IMG/VR virus record: IMGVR_UViG_3300044477_000012
Span: 1-40,278 of that record
Reading direction: 5' to 3' (one strand)
Length of the DNA stretch: 40,278 nt
Source of the DNA: a virus
Taxonomy: Duplodnaviria > Caudoviricetes
Shown in pieces: positions 32,827-40,278 of the stretch. Numbering within the stretch: position 1 is the first letter of the stretch; the number at the start of each line of letters is the position of its first letter. The position numbers and the translations under genes are program-made. The notes beneath the pieces were generated by a model that worked only from the letters and a program-made list of their open reading frames with translations, did not search any database and had not been told where the DNA came from.

Positions 32827-34718
32827 TGGCTAACGCAACCGATCAAGTGTTACCCGTTCAAATGTTCTATGGCGGCCAGTCAAGTAACTCGTCGATTGGC
32901 CCAAAAGCGTCATTTAGTTATGGGAGAGCATTAGAGTTTAGACGAGACCCGTCTCAATTAACGGTTCTTCCAGGCCCGCGCAAGATATCTGGTGCAGTAG
33001 TTACTGACTTACCTCTCAATATAGTTCAAGTGGTCAGTGGCGATCGTTATGCCTTTGGGGATACTGGAAATTTTTATAAAATAAGCACAAGTAACGTAGT
33101 TACCGAAATATCCAACACGTTAACTAGCGGTTCTGATGGATTACTTTATAGGGCCGATAGTGATGCAATTTATATGGCAACACAAACCACCGTAGAAAGA
33201 TATGCTCCTATATCGGGTAGCCCAACGTTCGATCAAACTTATGGAAACTCTAAATCCATAGATACTAACGCTTATAGGACTAGTGGTGCAGCTACATACA
33301 CAGTTCCAACGTCAATTAGTGAAACTGCCACTAATATATGTACGTTTGAGCCTGATATTGAACCATTTTACTCAATAAAAGTTAAAGTGGTGGCGAAAGG
33401 CACTGGCAATTGGACGCTCACACTGCACGACGGATTGAATACGGTGCTAGGGTCGGTAACTATTGCCAGTGCAAGCCTTAATAATACCGCTCTAAATGAG
33501 TTTGTTTTTGCGTCCCAAATAAGAGGATACGTAAAACCAAACGCCAGAACTTACCATTTTCATTTAACTAGTACGGTAGCCGACGGAACAGTTCAAACCA
33601 CGACAGCCAGCGATTTAGATACTGCTGACTTTGAACTATGGGCGTATAGACTGGTTAATACCGTCAACGGACTACACCCAATGGCGCAATTTTTACAATA
33701 TACATTGATAGGAAATGGAAATTATTTAGCAGTATGGGAACCGTTATCGCCAACCGATCCGCCCAATAATGAGTTTCAACGTCATAGATTAACTTTCCCT
33801 GATGGGTTTGAGGTATGTGGAATCACGCCAACTGATGAATTTGCCGTAATAGCCTGCGAAAAACGTTCGACGGATGGCACTAAAGATTTTCAAGAGGGAA
33901 AACTATTTATATGGGACGGATCAGCACAAACATATAATCAGATAATCGACGTTTCAGGCGGTTCGCCAGAGTCAATCTATACATATAATAATTATCCTTA
34001 TTTCTTCGTGAACGGATCACTATGTGCATGGCTTGGTGGTAAGAATATCGTACAAATTCGCGCACTCGCTAATACGAGTAATGTCTATACGGATACGGTA
34101 GATAATACTCATTGTTATCCAAATATGATGACAGTTAGAGATAATCTTCTACATTTAGGTTATCCGTCATCTACGACTAATGTATCAATCGAACATGGAG
34201 TATATACTTGGGGAACATTAGATAAGAACTTTCCTAATTCGTTTGGGTATGGATATGTCATATCCACCCAGACACGCTTAAACACGGCTGGAACTCTCCA
34301 AATAGGGTGCGTTCGTAACTTTGGCGATGAGATGTATATATCATGGAAAGACGGTACAGATTACGGTATTGATATAGTCGATAGTTACTGTAATCCTGCA
34401 CCTACATTTGCATTTCGGGCGATGGAGTTTGACGCTGGTTTAATGTGTAAGACGAAAAAAGCTCTTAGAATGTCAATAGATACATTGGCCATTCCTTCTG
34501 GGGTTACAATCACTCCTATTCACTCTATAGATAACGGAGCAGACGTAAGTCATGATACTATGACCGCCGGAAGCACTGAGATAATATCTACCATTCAAAA
34601 CGGACTGTTTAAAAATATAGTGTTTGGATTTGACGGAGCGTGTTCGGGAGCTGACACGCCAACAATAAAGTCGGTAAATCTACTATGGAACGGTTTGCCA
34701 GGTGAGAGGATGATATAA
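32826..34718 (+). CDS. Tail nozzle / DNA stabilization protein (beta-propeller-like)
   Basis: 630 aa, beta-rich; LFIWDG; follows the adaptor as in podoviruses. Confidence 0.7.
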   Translation: MANATDQVLPVQMFYGGQSSNSSIGPKASFSYGRALEFRRDPSQLTVLPGPRKISGAVVTDLPLNIVQVVSGDRYAFGDTGNFYKISTSNVVTEISNTLTSGSDGLLYRADSDAIYMATQTTVERYAPISGSPTFDQTYGNSKSIDTNAYRTSGAATYTVPTSISETATNICTFEPDIEPFYSIKVKVVAKGTGNWTLTLHDGLNTVLGSVTIASASLNNTALNEFVFASQIRGYVKPNARTYHFHLTSTVADGTVQTTTASDLDTADFELWAYRLVNTVNGLHPMAQFLQYTLIGNGNYLAVWEPLSPTDPPNNEFQRHRLTFPDGFEVCGITPTDEFAVIACEKRSTDGTKDFQEGKLFIWDGSAQTYNQIIDVSGGSPESIYTYNNYPYFFVNGSLCAWLGGKNIVQIRALANTSNVYTDTVDNTHCYPNMMTVRDNLLHLGYPSSTTNVSIEHGVYTWGTLDKNFPNSFGYGYVISTQTRLNTAGTLQIGCVRNFGDEMYISWKDGTDYGIDIVDSYCNPAPTFAFRAMEFDAGLMCKTKKALRMSIDTLAIPSGVTITPIHSIDNGADVSHDTMTAGSTEIISTIQNGLFKNIVFGFDGACSGADTPTIKSVNLLWNGLPGERMI

Positions 34719-35170
34719 TGGATATATTGGGAGCTTCTAGCGGACTATCTGAAAGCGTGTCATCTACCCTTAAAAACGACTTCAACACGATAGCAAACAA
34801 TGATATAGATAACTCTCTGCCTGGAAATCGAGTTGAACCACGCCAGGTAGCCACTGGTGTAACGAGGGGAACTTGGCGAATTAACAACACAGATGGTTCG
34901 TATATTACTATCGGTCTCATACCTGGGACTACAGATTTTGGGATAGCCTTTTTCGACTCAAGCAATAATTTGATGTCTAAATACTTAGGTGGTTCACAAA
35001 CCATTTACGATTCAGATAATAACGAGCTGGTTAATATTGATGGAACTGGCTATTTGTTTAGTTTCAACAGTGAGAGACGTATGAAACTAGGATTAAAGCC
35101 GGATAGTTCTGACGTAGGAGCATATATAACACCTGCTGGGACTGATGTTATAGATGAATTAAATGTGTAA
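34718..35170 (+). CDS. Tail-associated protein
   Basis: TAATG coupling; 150 aa. Confidence 0.6.
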   Translation: MDILGASSGLSESVSSTLKNDFNTIANNDIDNSLPGNRVEPRQVATGVTRGTWRINNTDGSYITIGLIPGTTDFGIAFFDSSNNLMSKYLGGSQTIYDSDNNELVNIDGTGYLFSFNSERRMKLGLKPDSSDVGAYITPAGTDVIDELNV

Positions 35171-35862
35171 TGAGTATTGTAAATCTATCATATAACTCTG
35201 GAACGCTAACCGATATATTGGTTTTTGTTAAAGAAGACAGTTTTACGGTAGGTGATACCGGTGTCTTTACGATAGATATACCACACGGGTTGCCGTTTAC
35301 ACCATTACCTGAAATGGTATGGAGCCATACTGCTGATTTTGCAATATGTCAATCTGGAGTGGATGAAGACTATTTTGATAATCAGTGGACTACACTGGTT
35401 GGCGAGTATTACGATATTGTTGCTGACCCCACTAATCTAGTCATCCATGGTAATAATAATAGTGGTTCTACCAAAACCGTATATTACCGAATATGGTGTT
35501 TCCCACCGAGTAATGCAGATGTTAACTCAATAGTTCCCGCCACAGCTACGCACGCAGACAAATTCGCATTTAATTCAGATTACAACTATATGAAGTTAGC
35601 ATTTTCTGGGTATCTAGGTACCGTCAATCCTGGTACCGCCTCATTTACCCATAACCTAGGATATATTCCTCGCGTCAAAGCGTGGGAAGTAACCGGTGAT
35701 TACGATTTTGTAGCTCCGACAATGCTTACTCAGTTAATTAGTACAGACATAGATGGTAGTGGTGGACTAAGCTCAGGATTATATTCTACGACAACCCAAC
35801 TTTTATTAATGAACGATTTCGAGGTCAATGGAATAGAATATAGGATTTATTATGACAGCTAG
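35170..35862 (+). CDS. Tail-associated protein
   Basis: Duplicated H(G/N)L.(F/Y).P motif (IPHGLPFTP, FTHNLGYIP). Confidence 0.65.
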   Translation: MSIVNLSYNSGTLTDILVFVKEDSFTVGDTGVFTIDIPHGLPFTPLPEMVWSHTADFAICQSGVDEDYFDNQWTTLVGEYYDIVADPTNLVIHGNNNSGSTKTVYYRIWCFPPSNADVNSIVPATATHADKFAFNSDYNYMKLAFSGYLGTVNPGTASFTHNLGYIPRVKAWEVTGDYDFVAPTMLTQLISTDIDGSGGLSSGLYSTTTQLLLMNDFEVNGIEYRIYYDS

Positions 35863-36256
35863 ACCACTCAATTTCACACTTAACACCGATTACGCGACTT
35901 TAAAAAACGATAGTAATACTCAAACTATAACGTTAAGTTTACCGGCAACAACACTTACCACTACAACTCCGGTTTATTTTTCGGCTGCTTATACTGCTGG
36001 TGTGTCTGGTGCGCCAATGGACTTCGATATAAACTACTCAATGACTTCCCAAAGATTTATAGCCAATTTCTTGCAAATAGAAGAAAATTTTACTACCACT
36101 AACTGGTATGACGTAGTAATAAAACTCTTCAGAAGTGGTGCGACGACCGTCAAAGTAAAAGTTAGTATGTTTTACGGTGGACCAAGTGCGTCCATAACAA
36201 GTAACGCTAGAACCGTAACTGTTAGAATACGGACTTTTACACCGCCATTTTCTTAA
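35852..36256 (+). CDS. Tail-associated protein
   Basis: F.LNTDYATLK resembles FAFNSDYNYMK of the previous gene. Confidence 0.6.
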   Translation: MTARPLNFTLNTDYATLKNDSNTQTITLSLPATTLTTTTPVYFSAAYTAGVSGAPMDFDINYSMTSQRFIANFLQIEENFTTTNWYDVVIKLFRSGATTVKVKVSMFYGGPSASITSNARTVTVRIRTFTPPFS

Positions 36257-36279
36257 TAATTTTATACAATATAGTTTTG

Positions 36280-36341
36280 TGATATAATACCAATAAGCAA
36301 CTTAACAGTTCCCACATAGTCGGGGGACTTTTTATTTGGAG
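36280..36341 (+). promoter_or_regulatory. Late promoter + box + leader terminator (element F)
   Basis: TGATATAAT-6 nt-AAGCAACTTAAC-AGTTCCC-loop-GGGGACT-TTTTATTT-GGAG. Confidence 0.85.
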
Positions 36342-36347
36342 ATAATA

Positions 36348-37136
36348 ATGGCAACAAGCGCAGAACTAGCCGCACAAATTGAAGCGTATGACAAGAGTAA
36401 GAAAAGCTCTGCTGACATACTCAATGAAGCGATGACTAGATATGGTGTGCCTGAGATACGCCAAAGGGTATCAGGACTTCGCACAACTCTAGGAAATACA
36501 GAAGCAGCACTAAATGCTGTTGATCCATCAGTAACGGGCAGAACTTCAAGAAGTCTAGTTACTGAGGCGCAACGTCAAAGGATGGTAGCCAACGAACGCG
36601 CTCCTATTGCACAACAATACGGCGAGCAATCCGGTGCATTAACCACTGAATCATCTAATTTGACCGATGCAGAAAGAGCCGCACAGACACTAGCACAAGG
36701 AAATATTAGCGACTATACTACCGGAAGAAGTGCTTTACAAAACCAGTACGAATCAGCCTATGCTAGAGAACAGAACGCGCTACAACAAGCTGAGGCAACT
36801 AGACAATATAATGAGACATTAGCGGAACAGAAGCGTCAGGCTAATTTATCTAGTGGTTCTTCGAGCGGTATTGACTTATCTGGAATTATATCGTCTATTC
36901 TTGGTGGAAATGGTGGATATACTGCTACCAAAGACGAGCGTGGTGGACTACAGTTCGCAAGTAGTGGCACACCAATAACAGCTGCTCAGTATGCAAAGGC
37001 TACCGGTAACACGATACTAAGCGTACTAAGTAAATCATCTAACCCTACCGACAAACAAATTATTAACGATATAAATTCGGGTATGTCTTATGAGGACTTG
37101 AGTAATAAGTATCCTTATGTGTTTGGAGGCGTATAA
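36348..37136 (+). CDS. Putative internal virion (ejection) protein
   Basis: A/Q/S-rich helical protein; ATG 36348 follows GGAG. Confidence 0.6.
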   Translation: MATSAELAAQIEAYDKSKKSSADILNEAMTRYGVPEIRQRVSGLRTTLGNTEAALNAVDPSVTGRTSRSLVTEAQRQRMVANERAPIAQQYGEQSGALTTESSNLTDAERAAQTLAQGNISDYTTGRSALQNQYESAYAREQNALQQAEATRQYNETLAEQKRQANLSSGSSSGIDLSGIISSILGGNGGYTATKDERGGLQFASSGTPITAAQYAKATGNTILSVLSKSSNPTDKQIINDINSGMSYEDLSNKYPYVFGGV

Positions 37137-39427
37137 TGGATTATGAATCACTACTCGGTAGGCAAAAAACCACTCCAAAACAATCGTCTGGTGGTCTTAA
37201 AGGCATAATAAGTAGTATAACGCAACCATTTACCGAGACCGCTTCTAATGTGGCAAAAACTATAGCTGGAGTCGGTGCTACTTCTGGTTTAAAGTCTAAT
37301 ACTGAATCTATGCTTAAATTAAATAAAGAGCGTAGTTCCTATCTAAAATCATTATCTGATGCCGATTTTGATAAGCCAGAGGTCAAGGCTAAGTTACAGG
37401 ACTATACCGATAGAGTAAATGCTTTATCTGGAAAAGGTCAGGAGATTAGTAAGTCTCAAGCTGTCCAAGAATTTCAGGCTATTGATCCAGTTAAAGCCGC
37501 TGCTAATGCGGCAGATGTTGCTCTTACGATAGGAAGTTTAGGAGCGGGAGCACTGGCTAAAACTGGTGCTAAAGTTGGGACTAAAGCACTTTTAGGACAG
37601 GCAATCAAGACTGGACTTAAAGAAGGTGCAATCTATGGTGGTGCTTATGGAGCATTAAATCCTCTTAAGGAAAAAGGGACTGCTGCAACTGGTGAAGATG
37701 TTTTAGGTAATACCTTATCTAGCGCTGTTACTGGGGGATTAATGGGTGGCGCAGTAGGTGGCGGTATCAACTTAATCGGAAAAGGTACTAATTTAGTAAG
37801 TAAAATGACTAACCGAAATAAGATACCACTGACTACTGACGCTGAAAGACTGGCGTTGGCTCAAGAAGCAAAGTCTGGTATTGCAAATCTTGGTAAAAAA
37901 GCAAAGGCATCGGGAACCAGTCTACTATCTGCTGATTTAAATGTTACACCTAAAGAGTCAGTAAAGTTCAATCTCCGCAATACAGCAGATGACTTATATA
38001 AGAACTATGGAATGACTGTTAAAGAGGCGGCGGATTATACTCCGATCGTAACCGGTGGCGAAGGTATTACCACTGAGGCATTTAATACAGCGTTGGAAAA
38101 CACCAAAAATGTGAGTTTTAAAAACTTTGCATCTAATTTACGTAAACAACTCGACGATCCAGAGTTTGTCGCTACACACGACCTTACTGCTGCTCAGATT
38201 AAGAACTTTAAATCAACAATTCAGAAATATGATGACAGAATCAATCCTGCCTCGACAAAAGCCTTAACTAGTGGAAAAACGTATAACATTAATGCTTCAA
38301 CTAACGCTAAAGATGCATTTGACGTTGTAAAAGACTTGGAACGAAAAGGGTATAGTAATATCAATTCACCTAGTCAATCTAAAGCGGCAATCGCTGACTT
38401 ACAGCTCAAAATGGCTGACGATATCAAATCATCTATATACAATTCTTCCGAAGGTAAGGCGGCTTTTGGAGAAATTAAAAAATATGCCGCTGATACGTTA
38501 GATAATATTGCTCAACAGAGCGGTAATGCCAAACTGGCTAAGGTTGCTGATTCAATTAGAAACGCCGCTACCTATGAGGAATATAGAAAAATATCTGCAC
38601 CATTTGTTAATGCCCAACAACTAGTTGATGCTTCATTATCTAAAAACGCATCTGATGTCGGCATAGGAATAACTGGGACTTTGATGAAAGGTGCTAAAAA
38701 GACTTTAGGGCCAACGGCTGGGCGCGTTTTATCAACTACTGGAAATATCATTAGTGAAGCGGTCAGGACTCCACAACGGGCTACGCTGTTATCTAGTATG
38801 TTAAATAAGGCACAAGGCGATGGCGTATTAGGTACGGCTGTTAGGCAGACAGTAGGAAGACAAGCCGCCACTCAACCAACCGAACAAGAAATCACTCAGT
38901 CCTCCATAACGCCTACTACCGAGACCCCTACCGAAACGAGTACCGACGTATCTAATATATTTGGCAACAAACAGGTTATTCAAGCGTTATTAATGCAGGA
39001 TATACAAAAAACTGGTGGTAAAAACACATCTAGTATTATCGCTCTATATAATGCATTTAAACCGTCAGAACCCACGTCTGCCGAGTCTGGAATTAAGCAA
39101 GTCTCTGCATTGGTTTCAAACCTTAAAGGACTATACGATAAGGCCGGTGGTGGATCTACCGGTGGCCCAATAGGTGTTATTGGTGGCGAATTATCTAGTT
39201 TTGCTGGTAATATAGGATTAAATGATGCCACGAAAGTGTATAACGACGAGAGAAAAGGGGCAGTAACGGTACTTGCTAAGAATTTATTTAGTCAATCTGG
39301 TTCATTATCTGATACTGATATAGCCCGAGCTGAAGGTTTATTACCGAGTATATCTGATCCTAAAGACGTTGCTGCACAAAAATGGGATTCTATAGATAAG
39401 TTATTAATAGCTAAGAGAGGATATTAG
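37136..39427 (+). CDS. Large internal virion / DNA ejection protein
   Basis: 763 aa; glycine-zipper segments GAIYGGAYGA and GGLMGGAVGGG; G.LSD.DI motif near the C-terminus. Confidence 0.65.
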   Translation: MDYESLLGRQKTTPKQSSGGLKGIISSITQPFTETASNVAKTIAGVGATSGLKSNTESMLKLNKERSSYLKSLSDADFDKPEVKAKLQDYTDRVNALSGKGQEISKSQAVQEFQAIDPVKAAANAADVALTIGSLGAGALAKTGAKVGTKALLGQAIKTGLKEGAIYGGAYGALNPLKEKGTAATGEDVLGNTLSSAVTGGLMGGAVGGGINLIGKGTNLVSKMTNRNKIPLTTDAERLALAQEAKSGIANLGKKAKASGTSLLSADLNVTPKESVKFNLRNTADDLYKNYGMTVKEAADYTPIVTGGEGITTEAFNTALENTKNVSFKNFASNLRKQLDDPEFVATHDLTAAQIKNFKSTIQKYDDRINPASTKALTSGKTYNINASTNAKDAFDVVKDLERKGYSNINSPSQSKAAIADLQLKMADDIKSSIYNSSEGKAAFGEIKKYAADTLDNIAQQSGNAKLAKVADSIRNAATYEEYRKISAPFVNAQQLVDASLSKNASDVGIGITGTLMKGAKKTLGPTAGRVLSTTGNIISEAVRTPQRATLLSSMLNKAQGDGVLGTAVRQTVGRQAATQPTEQEITQSSITPTTETPTETSTDVSNIFGNKQVIQALLMQDIQKTGGKNTSSIIALYNAFKPSEPTSAESGIKQVSALVSNLKGLYDKAGGGSTGGPIGVIGGELSSFAGNIGLNDATKVYNDERKGAVTVLAKNLFSQSGSLSDTDIARAEGLLPSISDPKDVAAQKWDSIDKLLIAKRGY

Positions 39428-39432
39428 ATATT

Positions 39433-39663
39433 ATGTCTAAACTACCTACAGACTGGAGCAAAAACCCATCATCAGACGCAAACGCTTTTGCCTACGATGA
39501 TAGTTCCGTTGAGTATGATTCGACCATAAAAAATTACGATGGCGTAGTGGACACTGATATGTCATATCGAGAAATAGATCCTACCGATTGGGAAAAGATT
39601 AACAAATCACCTATTGGTTGGTCTAAAGTATCTAAAAGTCCTACGGGCTGGGGGTCGGTATGA
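39433..39663 (+). CDS. Small protein with P.xW.K repeats
   Basis: PTDWSK, PTDWEK, PIGWSK, PTGW; YDD..V.YD....YDG. Confidence 0.7.
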   Translation: MSKLPTDWSKNPSSDANAFAYDDSSVEYDSTIKNYDGVVDTDMSYREIDPTDWEKINKSPIGWSKVSKSPTGWGSV

Positions 39664-40278
39664 CTAATTTTCCTACGTCACTAGACGATTCGGTTACTCT
39701 ACCAAGTCCTGCTGCTACGGATAAGCAAAATAGTCCTAGCCACTCTAATTTACACTCCATAGAGAACTCTTCAATAATTGCTATCGAAACTAAACTAGGC
39801 ATTGGAAGCTCTACTGCTGCCGCTAATAAAATTCTGTTAGGAACTGGAGCTGGAACAAGTGCCTGGCAACAACTCACATCCGCTGAATTACGAGGTGTAT
39901 TATCCGATGAAACCGGTACAGGAAGTGCCGTATTTGCGTCATCACCAACAATAGCTACTCCAACATTGACGAACCCTAAGGTCGATACTATCAATGAGGA
40001 TACGTCAGGAAATGGTATCACTGTCGATGGTTTAAACATAAAAGATGGTAAGTTGAACACTACAAATTCTGTGGAATATAACAGTCTAAATCTTTCAACG
40101 TTTGCAACGACCGGATATGGTAAGGTGGCCTGGTCCAACTCATCGGCAGCATACTCGACCAACTCGGCTACGTTAGCGTATATAGATGAGACTAACGCTA
40201 AAGTTACTGCTACTATTCGTTCGGGCAAGTTAGTTATGTGTATACTTCATGTTGGCGGAGTATATAACAGTAATACAG
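39660..40278 (+). CDS. 5' part of the tail fibre gene (missing from the ORF track; continues across the join to 387)
   Basis: ATGA overlap; MTNFPTSLDD...SHSNLH...IIAIETKLG...SDETGTGSAVFA.SPT...DTINEDTSGNGITVDG; open to the window end. Confidence 0.85.
   Translation, partial: MTNFPTSLDDSVTLPSPAATDKQNSPSHSNLHSIENSSIIAIETKLGIGSSTAAANKILLGTGAGTSAWQQLTSAELRGVLSDETGTGSAVFASSPTIATPTLTNPKVDTINEDTSGNGITVDGLNIKDGKLNTTNSVEYNSLNLSTFATTGYGKVAWSNSSAAYSTNSATLAYIDETNAKVTATIRSGKLVMCILHVGGVYNSNT
40152..40278. repeat. Terminal direct repeat, right copy
   Basis: Identical to 1-127. Confidence 0.97.

Noticed and set aside
39641-40228. 195-aa minus-strand ORF and other antisense ORFs (2016, 19026, 26019, 27566, 34609, 38572 and similar)
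   Set aside because: They lie opposite well-supported + strand genes and show no recognisable motifs; shadow ORFs.
1-40278. tRNA, tmRNA or rRNA genes
   Set aside because: No T-loop GTTCGA cloverleaf seen in the intergenic regions by eye; tRNAscan-SE or ARAGORN would be decisive.

Overview
A complete circular genome of about 40,151 bp from a tailed phage. Positions 1-127 repeat exactly at 40152-40278, and one ORF reads through the join. It is podovirus-like: no tape-measure or tail-tube gene is evident. Almost all genes are on the + strand, in this order: lysis module (766-2667); a roughly 730-bp non-coding control region with five predicted sigma70 promoters (4232-4959); recombination genes (Sak-like annealase, PD-(D/E)xK nuclease, NinG/HNH-like); about 30 small early genes; TerS, TerL, GroES, GroEL, portal, scaffold, capsid; many fibre or decoration genes; tail adaptor and nozzle; ejection proteins. 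I recognise no integrase, replication protein, tRNA or CRISPR array. Protein motifs suggest a Saccharibacteria/CPR host, which is an inference. The most striking signal is a regulatory layer that appears to be RNA-based: (1) five late promoters each start their transcript with a conserved box followed by an intrinsic terminator about 40 nt later; (2) two tandem leftward small RNAs carry a seed complementary to the UGAAAGGG element of the early leaders; (3) a convergent antisense RNA has a duplicated 17-nt target; (4) long closing stems enclose non-coding inserts or a whole gene; (5) a probable -1 frameshift fuses a membrane anchor to a lysozyme domain. All calls were made by eye, with no database search or folding computation.
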